In this document: positions 35,160 through 45,095 of the stretch, piece by piece
Layout: every line of letters starts with the position of its first letter
Position numbering within the stretch: position 1 is the stretch's first letter
Origin: a virus
Virus record (IMG/VR): IMGVR_UViG_3300045010_000308
Span: 9,057 to 73,056 of that record
Strand: one strand, 5' to 3'
Length of the DNA: 64,000 bases
Program-made: the position numbers and the translations under genes
Notes under the pieces: generated by a model
What the model saw: only the letters and a program-made list of their open reading frames with translations
Database searches by the model: none
What the model was told of the DNA's origin: nothing

Positions 35160-37131
35160 GCTGGTCTACCTCCCACTCGGTCACGAGCTCGAGCGTCACT
35201 GACTCGGGGAATGACGGCGTGTTCGGCACGCTGACCTTGAACGAGTCGATCTTGCGCACGAGCACCGTGTCGCGCACCTCCATGTCGCTCGACAGGCGCA
35301 TGCGGATGAACTCGTCGTCGGCGATGATCGAGCACCAGTCGCCCGGCGCGTACGTCCCGACGACCGGGTCGAGCGAGCCGTTGACCGTGATCGAGATGTC
35401 GCCGACAGGCGGGCGAAACTCGTTGAGGTACCGCAGCGCGTGGTCGTACAGTTGCTGCTCGTCGGCGGTGTCGTTCTTCTCTTCCTCTTGGTCGAGCAGC
35501 GGCCAGCCGTACTCGAGCAGGTCTGTCGCCGACGCCGCAGCGTACGGTTGGCTGATGTCGTCGCCGAGGTCGGAAATGTTGCCGACGACGAAGAACCGAG
35601 TCGCGGCGTTCTCTGCCGACTCCTTGACCGAGATGTCTGTGATGTTGCCTGGGAACTCGAACACGAGCTTGTCTGCGCCGAACCGGCTCGGCGGAGACAC
35701 CTGCCCAGGCGCAGGCGGGTTCGGGAAGTCGATCGGGATGAACACGAAGGTCCGCGTGAACGAGTTCGTCGCCGCGTCGTAGTCGCAGTCGACCCTGTAC
35801 TCGAAGCCGTCGACCGTGTCTGAGTACTCGTCGAGCTCCTCGCCGACGGACCGCAGCTCGTAGCCACGGTATGTCTTGTTCTCGAGGTTCTTCGCCGAGA
35901 AGCCCTCGGTCGAGTAGTCGATGAGGATGTCTGAGTTGTACGGGAACGAGCCGTACGTCGGGATGATCGCTTCGCGGTTTATGGCCACGGTCCCGTTCGC
36001 GGCCGTCGTCGGTATCGCGGTGGCGTTGAACGCGGAGTATGTGAACGTGTCCGCAGTCGGAGTGGAGGCGACCTCGGCGCGCTCGGCGTTGAAGACTTCC
36101 GTCACCGCCGACGTGTCGTCGACTCCCGTGATCTCGACGACGTTCCCGACAGAAAGCCCGTGGGCGGTGCTCGTCGTCAGGGTCGCGACGTCGTCCGCGT
36201 ACGCCTTGAACGTGACGGTCTTTGTCGTGTCTGAGAAAGCGATCGGGCCCTCGTTCGCGCCGGTGTTCTCTACCCGGAACGTCGTGGCTGACGGCGTCGC
36301 CGTGATCTGGTACGTTCCGTCGTAGCTCGCCGTCGTGTTTACGATCTCGACCGTCTGCCCGAGCACGGCTCCGTGCGGTTCTTCTACGGTGAACGTCGCG
36401 ATGTTCGACGCCCTTGTGACGCTCGTGATGCGGTACCCCTCCTGAATGCCTGGCTCGATCTCATCGTTCGGGAAGTCGATGTTGACGAAGTCGACCATCG
36501 TCGTGTCGAGCAGCTGGCGCATGTAGTCGTAGGCGTCGGTGCGGACATAGACCGTCGCTAAGCTGTACGTGCCGTTGGGGATCGACGGCGCTGAGACAGA
36601 GAACGTCGTGGCCGTCGGCGCCGGGTTGGCGAGGACCGTGTAGTAGCCGTTGTACTGGAAGTCTCCGACCTCGTAGAAGATGATCCGCACGCTCGAGCCG
36701 GCCGGGGCCTCGTACTCGCCGTTCTCGAGAGTCACGGCGGCCACTCCAGACGAGACGACGACCGTCGCGCTGAAGTCGTGCGTGTACGTCTTCCAGATGT
36801 TGCGGTGGTAGAAGTAGCTCGTAAACTCGTTGCCGCCGACGCTCAGCTCGCGAGACTTCGCCGTGTACGACCTGTCCCAGATGATCCCGCCCCAGACACA
36901 GACGTCGTTGCGCACGACATAGAGCGCCGTCCGGCCAGGCATCGTGCTTTCGTAGAGGTTGAACGCTGCCGAGCCGTCGATGACGGGGATCTTCCCGCTG
37001 AACGACCCCGCGCCCTTGATCGAGCGCTCGTACGAGACGTCGGTGAACGGGATCTCCGCGATGAGTGCGTTGGTCAGCACGTCTGCGGTGAAATACGTGT
37101 ACGTCGCCGTCCTGTCTGTCACGACCGCCAT
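35152..37131 (-). CDS. minor tail (hub/Tal-like) protein with inserted beta domains
   Basis: AEIPFTDVSYERSIKGAGSFSGKI, VRNDVCVWGGIIW, GWPLLD, YAPGDWC; follows the Dit-like gene. Confidence 0.75.
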   Translation of the reverse strand: MAVVTDRTATYTYFTADVLTNALIAEIPFTDVSYERSIKGAGSFSGKIPVIDGSAAFNLYESTMPGRTALYVVRNDVCVWGGIIWDRSYTAKSRELSVGGNEFTSYFYHRNIWKTYTHDFSATVVVSSGVAAVTLENGEYEAPAGSSVRIIFYEVGDFQYNGYYTVLANPAPTATTFSVSAPSIPNGTYSLATVYVRTDAYDYMRQLLDTTMVDFVNIDFPNDEIEPGIQEGYRITSVTRASNIATFTVEEPHGAVLGQTVEIVNTTASYDGTYQITATPSATTFRVENTGANEGPIAFSDTTKTVTFKAYADDVATLTTSTAHGLSVGNVVEITGVDDTSAVTEVFNAERAEVASTPTADTFTYSAFNATAIPTTAANGTVAINREAIIPTYGSFPYNSDILIDYSTEGFSAKNLENKTYRGYELRSVGEELDEYSDTVDGFEYRVDCDYDAATNSFTRTFVFIPIDFPNPPAPGQVSPPSRFGADKLVFEFPGNITDISVKESAENAATRFFVVGNISDLGDDISQPYAAASATDLLEYGWPLLDQEEEKNDTADEQQLYDHALRYLNEFRPPVGDISITVNGSLDPVVGTYAPGDWCSIIADDEFIRMRLSSDMEVRDTVLVRKIDSFKVSVPNTPSFPESVTLELVTEWEVDQRG

Positions 37132-37135
37132 GTCA

Positions 37136-38794
37136 CTAGCCGATCCAGCCAGGCCGATAGTACACCACCAAAGACGCTGAAGAGTTCGCGTTTCCGTCGT
37201 CTGCGAACGAGATCTCGTTGCTTCCAGGCGACAAGACGAGCCAGTCCGTCAGCGTGTCTAGCATCGACCGCGTCGCCTCCGTCGAGCCGTTGAACGCGAC
37301 CTCGAGCGCGTAGGTGTCGATCTCGAGGACATCGACAGGTATCGATGCAGAGCCGCTCGCTCCCGTCGCCGCGACGGTCGCGCCTGGCTTCTCGTACGTA
37401 AACGTGCTCGCAGTCGGCGTGTCGGCGATGACGAACGTGCCGTCGAATGTCGCGTCAGAGATCGCGACTGTGACCGTGTCGTTCGGCAAAAACCCGTGAG
37501 CGGCCGACGTCGTGAGCGTCACCAACCCGGCGGCAGTGCGCGCCTTGTTAGTCACGGTGCGACTCGTCGCGGCGCGCAGCGACCCGATGATGGTCAGCTC
37601 TTGGTCGCTTCCGGAGTTGTAGATCGACGCCGGCCCGGTCAACGGCCCGGTGACCTCGAGTATGACATGCACGTCCGTGTTCCCGTCGACGTCTACGGTC
37701 TCGGTGCCGTCTTCGCCGGTCGCGGCGTTCGCGCAAGAGATGTCTAGAGTGTAGTACCCGTCGGCGCGCTCCCAGTTCCAGCCGTACTTGATCGGGTCTG
37801 GTGCGCGCAGGCCGACGCTGAACTCGGTCCGCCCCCGCGGGTTGACCGTCTCGATGTCTGGCCGGCCGCTCAGGCGCACCTTCGCGGCCTTCGTCGGCAC
37901 CTCGTTGACGTACAGCCACGCGTTGCGATAGACGAGGCTCGTCGCTTCGATGAGCGCGTCTCGAGCCGCCGGGACATACGACGGGTCAGGCGGTATGAAC
38001 ACGCCCTCTAGCTTGAGGTCTCGAGCGGCCCAGCGCCCGCGGACGTCGTACGAGCCGTCTCCCCAGCCGCGGTCGATGTCTTTCATCTCCGGCTCCGGGT
38101 GCCCCCACCACCCGCCGATGTCGGTGATGACCCACACGACGCCGTTCTCGTCGATCGTGTTGAAGACCATGCCGCCGAGCTGCACGTCAGCCTTGAGCTT
38201 CATCCCCGTGAAGACCGGAGGCGGCAGAGGCGTGAGCGCCTTGTTCGCGACCGTCGTCTCGTAGCCTTGCGAGAAGTCGTCCGTGTAGAGGTTGACCTGC
38301 GACGCTTGCTCGAGCAGCACGCCGTCGACTAGGAACTTTTTCGCTGCGGTCCCGGCCGCCGGCTGGATGATCGAGACGCGCGCCGCCGCGGTGCTCGCCG
38401 GCGCGGTCGCGACCTTGCCGATCCGAGACCAGTACAAGCCCGGCTCGAGCTCGACGGGCTCGCTCAACGACGAAGAGACGAGGCTTCCGCCCGTCAGCGC
38501 GGTGTACCAGTCGACCTTGACCCTGATGGTCGAGGCTTCTTCGGAGGCGGCGACCTTGACGTACGCCGACACGGCGTACGAGAGGCCTGCCACCGCCGCG
38601 ACTCGCGACGAGAGGGCCGCGCCCGAGTTCGCAGCGGCCGCCTTTGTGACCTCGAGAGACGCAGAGCCGATGGCGTAGTCCGCCGTGACCCGCGCGACCG
38701 TCGCGCCGCCTGTCCCGGCCCACCCAGTCGCGCTCGCCTTGAACGACGGGTTAGGGACCAGGTTCGTGCGCGGCGTGTTTTCTGGAGATGTCAT
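37136..38794 (-). CDS. distal tail (Dit-like) protein with N-terminal carbohydrate-binding-like domain
   Basis: RTNLVPNPSF..W (CBM4/9-like start), GWWGHPEP, LRAPDPIKY, WLVLSPGSNEI, YRPGWI; directly after TMP. Confidence 0.75.
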   Translation of the reverse strand: MTSPENTPRTNLVPNPSFKASATGWAGTGGATVARVTADYAIGSASLEVTKAAAANSGAALSSRVAAVAGLSYAVSAYVKVAASEEASTIRVKVDWYTALTGGSLVSSSLSEPVELEPGLYWSRIGKVATAPASTAAARVSIIQPAAGTAAKKFLVDGVLLEQASQVNLYTDDFSQGYETTVANKALTPLPPPVFTGMKLKADVQLGGMVFNTIDENGVVWVITDIGGWWGHPEPEMKDIDRGWGDGSYDVRGRWAARDLKLEGVFIPPDPSYVPAARDALIEATSLVYRNAWLYVNEVPTKAAKVRLSGRPDIETVNPRGRTEFSVGLRAPDPIKYGWNWERADGYYTLDISCANAATGEDGTETVDVDGNTDVHVILEVTGPLTGPASIYNSGSDQELTIIGSLRAATSRTVTNKARTAAGLVTLTTSAAHGFLPNDTVTVAISDATFDGTFVIADTPTASTFTYEKPGATVAATGASGSASIPVDVLEIDTYALEVAFNGSTEATRSMLDTLTDWLVLSPGSNEISFADDGNANSSASLVVYYRPGWIG

Positions 38795-41700
38795 ACGGCT
38801 CCTGCTCGAAGCTGGAACGCAAGTTGACGAGAGATCATGGCCGCGAGCTCGCGCTCGTCCATGCCGGGCGACGGATAGACGTTGAACACCTGCCCGCCTC
38901 TGCCGCCCGCGAGCTGGTCGATGATCGCGCGGTCGCGCCTCGAGAGGCCTTGCGCGTCGAGCGGCTCGATGCGCTCTGGGCGGCCGGCCTCTGCGACTCG
39001 GACAAGCGTGCCTCCCTCTGACGGAAACACGGTGCCTCCAAGTGCGAGCTCCGGAAGCTTAGGCGCGCCGACCGTCTGTCCGCCGATGATAGGCACCCAG
39101 CGCGGCACAGACCAGGTAAGCTTGCCTACGGTGTTGTTCCATTGGCGAGCGATGAGGTTGAATCCAAGCCTGAATGGAGCAAATATGATGTTGACTATTC
39201 CGCTGAAGATGTTCTTCAGCCCGTTGACGAGGTTTCTAAACGCGCTCTCAAACAGCTCTTTGGCGCGGTCTGTGTCGCCGCGTAGCGCCGCAAAGAAGCC
39301 CTTGATGACGTCCCAGACGGCCTTGAAGATGGTGGTGATTCCGCCGACGACCCTGATGAAGCCGACGATTGCGGTTCCGACTGAGCCGATCGCGTTGGTG
39401 AGGACGAACTTGAGCAGCGGCACGAGCGTGACCGCGAGCACGTCTCCGATGACCCTGAAGATGTCTCCAAGGCTTTCGATCGACGGAAAGAACTTGTTGA
39501 TCTCGTCCACGATCTTCTGAACCGCTTCGCCGAGCGCGTCTCTGACCGCCGTGACGAGTCCCATGACGGCGTCTCGGAACTTTTCGCTGTTTTGCCACGC
39601 AAGAACGAAGATCGCGACGAGCGCCGCGATCGCTGCGATGACGATGAGGATAGGTCCGGCACCCGACGCGCCGAGCGTGTAGAGCGCGTTGCGCATTCCG
39701 GTCAAGCCACCGCCTGTCATCGTGTACGCCACGCCGGCATTGCGAAATGCTCCGGTCAATTTGTTCATTTGTCCTGACACGCCTGGGATGATCATGAGCA
39801 GGTCGCCAAACTTTTGCGCATAGCCCATGAGGATTGTCAGCGTCGTCATTCCCAGGTTTTTCATCAAAGTAAGCGCCTTGACAAACCCGAGAAACGCCGT
39901 CACCGACATCGTGACCTTCATGACCATGTCGTTGCTGAAGATCGCGGTCATGATGTCAAGGCCAAAGTTGAGCACGGAGAAGAAGTTCTGGATCGAATCA
40001 GACTCGGCGAACAGCGCCATGAACTCGACGAACTTGTCTACGAACTCTCCGAGTGCCGGTGCGCCTTCTAGCAGCCGACCCAAGGCCTCCGTGATCGTCG
40101 TGACCGCGCTGTTGAGCTTGTCGGCGAACGCGCCGACGCCTTCGTCGTCGGCGAGCCTCAAGAACGCCATCACGAGCCCGTTGAAAAGCCGGCCGATCGC
40201 CTCGACGTTCGGGACGACGCGCTTGAAGTACTCCTCGAGCGTGCCGTCCGCCTCGATCCGCCCGGTGAACTCGGCGAACTTCGCCGTCGCGTTCTCGAAA
40301 GACGTCAAGAGCATCTCGCCGGCGCTGCCGGGGCCCGTGGCCGCGCGGCCGATGTTCATCAAGGCGGTCCCGATGTTGTTGAAGATGTCTCCAAGTTGCC
40401 CGGCTACCTCGCCGGCATAGTTGAATGTCTCGGTCAGCTCGCCGGTCTTCTCTTTGAGCGTCATCGACTCTGCCCAGCCGCCGGTAAGTGTCACGAGCCA
40501 GTCGGCGAACTTCCTCGTGAGAGGCCCGGCTGCGTCGAGCAGCTTGAGGACGGCGACAGCGAGGTTTCCGGTGACAATTCCCATCTGATCGATGAAGTAG
40601 ATGCTCGTCTCGCCGACATCCCCGAAGCTCTTGATGACGTCTGGGGCCGCCATGATCTCGGCGAACTTCTTGGCCGCGTTGCCGACGGCCTCGCCGACAC
40701 GCGGGAGCAGCGTCTCGAGCGTCGGAAAGTACGAGTCGACAAGGAGTGACAGCGCCTCGCCGATCCGCGGCAGCAACTCGCGCTGCACTTCTTCTCTGAC
40801 CGCCTTGAACTGCTTTTTGATCTTGATCAGCAGGTCGACGAACGCTTGGGCCTCTGGGATGAGCTTGCCGAACGCGTCGTCTGCCGCTCCTCCTCCTCTT
40901 CCGCCCTTGTTCGCGTCTTCGCGTGCGCGAGCGAGCTCGCGCTCGGCGTCTACCTGAGCCCGCAGGCCGTCTCTCTCGGTTCGCGCCAGGTCTTGCCGCG
41001 CGTCGTCGAGCCTGCGCGTCGCATCGAGGACTTCTTTCGAGCCTTCGACTCTTTTCTTGCTCGCCTCGTCTTGCTCCTTGGCGAGGTCCGCGTTGCGGTC
41101 TTTCGCGCGCCTCAGGTTGAGTTCGGTCTCGGCGAACGCAAGCTCGGCTTCCCGGCGGGCACGGCTGTTTGGCGGCAGGTCCTGGACACGTTGCAGTCGC
41201 TCGCGCGCTTTCTCGAGCTCGAGCGAGGCTCTCGTCTCGCTGAGCGCCGCGTCTTCGGCGTCAAAGTCGAGCTGCTGCAGGCTTTCCGCCGCTTCTTTCC
41301 TCGCCTCTGTGAGCGCTTCTTCTGCGTCGGCGAGGTCACGCTTCGCTCGGACAAGAGACTCGCGGTTTGACTCGATGACGCGAGCGAGCGAGCGCTCTGC
41401 GTCTTCGATCCTGCGCAGCGCTGCCTCGTTGTCTTTGCCGGCGCCTTTTGCCTCTTTTGAGCGCGCCTTGAGGGCCTCTCCGATCCCAGAAAAGCCCATC
41501 TTGACGGCGACCATCGCGAAGGCCAATGCGGCCATAGCTCCGCCTAGCGCCATCAACGAAGGTATCGCAGCGGACACCTGCGAGACGAGGATGACTAGCC
41601 CAGACGCGAGTGCGCCGACTCCTCCGACCAGCGCGGCGATACCGGGGCCTAAGAAGTAGCCGACCGTGACGAGCCTCCTGAACGCGTCCGCCGCGGCGCG

Positions 41701-41904
41701 CCCGTTCGCTCGTATGTCTGCGAACGCTCCGGCGAGGCCCTTTGCGTTCCTTGTCAACCCGCCGCTGAACCCGCGGTTGAACGTCTGGGCGGCCTGCTGC
41801 CCGGCCTGCTGCAGGTTCGCACGGCGAAGAGCGTTCTGTACGTCGCGCTGGAAGCCCGTGGTGACGGCGCGTACGATGACGTATGCGTCACCGACTACCG
41901 GCAT
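38791..41904 (-). CDS. tail tape measure protein (right-hand phage)
   Basis: 1037 aa; VVGDAYVIVRA start, hydrophobic and coiled-coil segments, LAWQNSEKFRDAV, LALGG..VAEAGRPE C-terminus. Confidence 0.9.
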   Translation of the reverse strand: MPVVGDAYVIVRAVTTGFQRDVQNALRRANLQQAGQQAAQTFNRGFSGGLTRNAKGLAGAFADIRANGRAAADAFRRLVTVGYFLGPGIAALVGGVGALASGLVILVSQVSAAIPSLMALGGAMAALAFAMVAVKMGFSGIGEALKARSKEAKGAGKDNEAALRRIEDAERSLARVIESNRESLVRAKRDLADAEEALTEARKEAAESLQQLDFDAEDAALSETRASLELEKARERLQRVQDLPPNSRARREAELAFAETELNLRRAKDRNADLAKEQDEASKKRVEGSKEVLDATRRLDDARQDLARTERDGLRAQVDAERELARAREDANKGGRGGGAADDAFGKLIPEAQAFVDLLIKIKKQFKAVREEVQRELLPRIGEALSLLVDSYFPTLETLLPRVGEAVGNAAKKFAEIMAAPDVIKSFGDVGETSIYFIDQMGIVTGNLAVAVLKLLDAAGPLTRKFADWLVTLTGGWAESMTLKEKTGELTETFNYAGEVAGQLGDIFNNIGTALMNIGRAATGPGSAGEMLLTSFENATAKFAEFTGRIEADGTLEEYFKRVVPNVEAIGRLFNGLVMAFLRLADDEGVGAFADKLNSAVTTITEALGRLLEGAPALGEFVDKFVEFMALFAESDSIQNFFSVLNFGLDIMTAIFSNDMVMKVTMSVTAFLGFVKALTLMKNLGMTTLTILMGYAQKFGDLLMIIPGVSGQMNKLTGAFRNAGVAYTMTGGGLTGMRNALYTLGASGAGPILIVIAAIAALVAIFVLAWQNSEKFRDAVMGLVTAVRDALGEAVQKIVDEINKFFPSIESLGDIFRVIGDVLAVTLVPLLKFVLTNAIGSVGTAIVGFIRVVGGITTIFKAVWDVIKGFFAALRGDTDRAKELFESAFRNLVNGLKNIFSGIVNIIFAPFRLGFNLIARQWNNTVGKLTWSVPRWVPIIGGQTVGAPKLPELALGGTVFPSEGGTLVRVAEAGRPERIEPLDAQGLSRRDRAIIDQLAGGRGGQVFNVYPSPGMDERELAAMISRQLAFQLRAGAV

Positions 41905-41922
41905 GTCGACCTCCTCGTGCTC

Positions 41923-42348
41923 TTAGTTCAGCGGGGCGTCAAGTGTCGTTCCGAACGGTCGCGCTGAGTTTTCGTCAATCTTAGTCGGTGGCACGTACGG
42001 CTTCACCGAGCCCTGCCGCTCTGCGTCGAACGGGCGGATGTCGCTGGCGTCTTCGTGGCCGAGCGGCGGGTCGATCGACGCCGGGACCGAGCCGATCCCG
42101 GTCGAGAACCTGTACGTGTACTCTTTCTCGTACATCTGGCGGTACAACAGCGACCTCGACTTCGAGATCGCCTCGGCCTGCTCGGCGCTCGCGAACCGCA
42201 TGTCGTCCTCAAACATGTAGTGCAGCACGTCGAGCATGTCGCTCGCGTCGAGCTCGGCGAGGTTGACTCCGCTCATGATCGCCTTCCCGTTGACGTACGG
42301 CCAGAGTTCTACGCCCCAGTGGGCGAGGCCTCTGGCCGCTGCGTAGGG
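41923..42348 (-). CDS. tail assembly chaperone, frameshifted (GT-like) portion
   Basis: -1 frame ORF overlapping the end of 42309..42653, directly before TMP, no strong own start. Confidence 0.55.
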   Translation of the reverse strand, partial: PYAAARGLAHWGVELWPYVNGKAIMSGVNLAELDASDMLDVLHYMFEDDMRFASAEQAEAISKSRSLLYRQMYEKEYTYRFSTGIGSVPASIDPPLGHEDASDIRPFDAERQGSVKPYVPPTKIDENSARPFGTTLDAPLN

Positions 42349-42653
42349 CGGTTGGTGTACTCCGCGACGAGCCAGGCCGCGACCTCCGCGAGCGTGTCGA
42401 CAGAGATGATCTTGTCCGGGTCCGCGCAAAGCTCCTCGAACTTCTTGTAGTCTGCGGGCAGGAGGACCGTCTCGAAGAACTTGTTCACCGCGTCGGCGCT
42501 CTTGACCGGGTCGTCTGCGTTCGCGACGAGCGCGAGCAGCAGCTTCCCCTGCACGGCCTTGCGGCAGTTGAACGTCTCGCCGTGAAGCTTGAACGTGACT
42601 GGTTCGGCGCCGGACAGGTCCGGGCCGCTACCAAAGTCTTTGAACCTTGACAT
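42309..42653 (-). CDS. tail assembly chaperone (G-like)
   Basis: ATG 42653 after AAGGAG; FKLHGETFNC..WLVAEYTNRPT. Confidence 0.75.
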   Translation of the reverse strand: MSRFKDFGSGPDLSGAEPVTFKLHGETFNCRKAVQGKLLLALVANADDPVKSADAVNKFFETVLLPADYKKFEELCADPDKIISVDTLAEVAAWLVAEYTNRPTQRPEASPTGA

Positions 42654-42727
42654 TGCCGTCTCCTTGTGTAGGTGTGTCGCTGAGGCTGGACATCGCCTCG
42701 TGCCGGTCGGCACTGCGTCCAGTCCAT

Positions 42728-42736
42728 ACTGTAACA
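42728..42736 (-). promoter_or_regulatory. putative extended -10 promoter TGTTACAGT followed by a leader hairpin (42686-42722)
   Basis: TGnTAnnnT; CTGGAC/GTCCAG stem enclosing GTGCCG/CGGCAC. Confidence 0.5.
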
Positions 42737-42767
42737 AACGGAGCGGCGCCTGACCGGCGCTTCAGCG

Positions 42768-43193
42768 CTATGTGACGAAGATCGGAAGGTTGTCGCTCAA
42801 GAACTTGTTCGGGCGCGTCCCGGGGTGCCTGACGCTGTTAGCGAAGACGACGGTACCTCCCCGCGTGAACCGCAAGACGCGGCGCCTGTACTGGTTTTTT
42901 CGCTTTCCTCTGATGATGTGCGGAAGCGTGCCCTCGTGGTGCCAGTAGGCGTAGTTGATCTTCGAGCCGATCTTCCAGGTCTGCCCGCCCTTGCGGCTTC
43001 TTTTCTCGATGATGTTGATCGACGACTGGAGGTCTCTCGTCCGCACGCCGACCTGCCGCTTCGCCGCGATGATGAAATACATCGACTTGTCCCACAGGTA
43101 CTCGCCGACCTTCCCGGTCGGCTCGTTGAGGAAGATGTGCAGCTGCGGCTGACGCCAGACGATGCGCCCGTGGCTGACGCGCGCCGTGACCAT
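42768..43193 (-). CDS. HK97 gp10-like neck/tail completion protein
   Basis: ATG 43193 (TGATG overlap); VGVRTRDLQSSI, YAYWHHEGTLPHII, VRHPGTRPNKFL. Confidence 0.7.
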   Translation of the reverse strand: MVTARVSHGRIVWRQPQLHIFLNEPTGKVGEYLWDKSMYFIIAAKRQVGVRTRDLQSSINIIEKRSRKGGQTWKIGSKINYAYWHHEGTLPHIIRGKRKNQYRRRVLRFTRGGTVVFANSVRHPGTRPNKFLSDNLPIFVT

Positions 43194-43702
43194 CAGGGTA
43201 TCGCCATCGTCACTTGCATCGAGACGAGGCGGAACCCGCCCTCTGGGTCGCCCGTCTCGACGGTCGCGATGACGCCTGGCCCGAAGATGCCCTCGCCTTC
43301 CCACATGTCGAGAGAGTTGAGCGACTGCAGCAAGATCCACGCGTCGACGGCGGAGATCTCTGACCCCTCTGAGATTTTTTCGGGTGACGGCGGCTTCACT
43401 CCCTGTGTCATCACGACGGGTAGCGCGCGAGCGACTGACACGATCAGAGACGCGCTGCGCACGGTGTTGCACCGGTTCGGCGAGTTGTCTTGCGCTCCAG
43501 GCGGGCCGAGGTACGCCTGCACGAAGTGCACGACGAGCTGCTCGCAGTCGATCGCCGGGATGCCCATCGTCCAGTAGCGGCGCTCCGGGATCGGCACGTT
43601 GTACGAGGTGTAGATGCCCTCGACACGGTCCAAGACGCCCTCGAGCAGGTTCTTGAGGTGGAGCGCGTCGGCGCTGACGTTAGAGATGTCGACGATGTGC
43701 AT
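43193..43702 (-). CDS. putative tail terminator / neck protein
   Basis: 169 aa in the head-tail joining position; PAIDCEQLVV, PEGG motif. Confidence 0.6.
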   Translation of the reverse strand: MHIVDISNVSADALHLKNLLEGVLDRVEGIYTSYNVPIPERRYWTMGIPAIDCEQLVVHFVQAYLGPPGAQDNSPNRCNTVRSASLIVSVARALPVVMTQGVKPPSPEKISEGSEISAVDAWILLQSLNSLDMWEGEGIFGPGVIATVETGDPEGGFRLVSMQVTMAIP

Positions 43703-43711
43703 GCTGCTACG

Positions 43712-43861
43712 CTATTCCGGCGAGTCTTCTTGCCCGGCGTCCTGCTCTTCTCGGTCTCGATCTCGATCGCGCTTGCGCACCGGGCGCGCCGCCGCCGTCG
43801 AGCGGGCTGGCTGCCCGTTGGGGAGGTAGTCGTGCTTGTTCTTCCTCGTCTTGAGCTGCAT
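43712..43861 (-). CDS. small charged hypothetical protein (49 aa, not in ORF track)
   Basis: MQLKTRKNKHDYLPNGQPARSTAAARPVRKRDRDRDREEQDAGQEDSPE; fills the gap between neighbours. Confidence 0.4.
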   Translation of the reverse strand: MQLKTRKNKHDYLPNGQPARSTAAARPVRKRDRDRDREEQDAGQEDSPE

Positions 43862-43863
43862 GG

Positions 43864-45015
43864 CTACGCGGGCGTCCCCGGCTCAAGCGTGATCGCGTTG
43901 ACGAGCGAGGTGGCGAGCTGCACCTTGAGGTTCCCGGAGCAGATGTACACCGTCTCTGTCTCGCCGGAGAACAGCGGGTGCGGCCGCGTCGCGTAGATGT
44001 CGTACGTGCCTGGGTCGACCTTGCCGAGGACCGGGAGAGCGTTCGCGTAGCTGACGGTGACCTTGATCTTCGTGTCGCTCTCCAAGAACTGGATCGCCGC
44101 GAGGTCGAGGTCGACCGAGCGCGACTCGGCGTAGTTCCTCACGGTCACGGACGGCAGCCAGCCCGGCTCGTTGACCAAGAACTCTGCGTTGATCGTGTCG
44201 AGCGCGACCGTCATCGACCCCGTCGTGTGCTGGACGATCGCGATGTCGAGCGCGCTCTTGCCGAGCTTCGGCGCCTTCGGCGTGTACGCGCGGGCGCGCG
44301 GCAAGTCCGGCGTGAACACGCGCGCCTTCGCGCGGGCGCCGTCTGGGTTGACCGACTTGAGGAACAGGTCGACGGTGTAGACGCCTGTCCGCAGCTCTTG
44401 GATGAACTCTTGGCTGTCGAGGACCGTGTACGAGACTCCCTGGCGCGACACAGACGTGACACGCGCTGGGAGCTCGCAGTCGTCTCCGGACCACAGCTTG
44501 ACGAACTGGATCGCCATGTACCGAGCGGCCTCGCGACCGAGCGCCGGCGCCTGTGCGCCGTACGTGTACGTGACCTCGACGTCGCACGGTGCCCACGCGA
44601 AGCCCGGCGCGGGCTGGACCGTCGAGTGGTCGACGAGGTAGTACTTGTCCGACGTGATCAGCTCGCCGGCGCGGTTGCGGACCTCGTGGATCTCGATGAC
44701 GGGCCGCCCGCGCAGGCGAAGTCGCGACTGAGGCGTGAGGCCGTCGCTCGTGACGTCTGCGTAGTTGTCGAAGTCTTGGTACGGGACGTTGTAGACGTCG
44801 CCGTCGACGAGCTCGGCGGTGAAGTTGTGAGACGAGGCGCCGTAGCGATAGCTCCGCGACGCGCAGACGTAGCGCTCTGTGACCGTGTTGACGCCGGAGT
44901 ATCTGCGGCCAGACATCGACCAAAGAAGCTGCGACGCCGACTTGCACGCCTGGTACGAGAACTGGCTGTTCGCGTACTCGCCAAGCTCGCTCGGCGTGAT
45001 CCAGAGGTTTGACAT
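43864..45015 (-). CDS. head-to-tail adaptor
   Basis: ASQLLWSMSGRRY, EVTYTYG, CELPARVTSVSRQGVSY, TGVYTVDLFLKSVNP. Confidence 0.75.
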   Translation of the reverse strand: MSNLWITPSELGEYANSQFSYQACKSASQLLWSMSGRRYSGVNTVTERYVCASRSYRYGASSHNFTAELVDGDVYNVPYQDFDNYADVTSDGLTPQSRLRLRGRPVIEIHEVRNRAGELITSDKYYLVDHSTVQPAPGFAWAPCDVEVTYTYGAQAPALGREAARYMAIQFVKLWSGDDCELPARVTSVSRQGVSYTVLDSQEFIQELRTGVYTVDLFLKSVNPDGARAKARVFTPDLPRARAYTPKAPKLGKSALDIAIVQHTTGSMTVALDTINAEFLVNEPGWLPSVTVRNYAESRSVDLDLAAIQFLESDTKIKVTVSYANALPVLGKVDPGTYDIYATRPHPLFSGETETVYICSGNLKVQLATSLVNAITLEPGTPA

Positions 45016-45095
45016 CTACTTCTCCGTCTTGCAAACGGTGAACGGGTGGTGCGCTAGCGATTCTACGCTGTTGCGCGCCGCCCGCCTGCGAGCGG

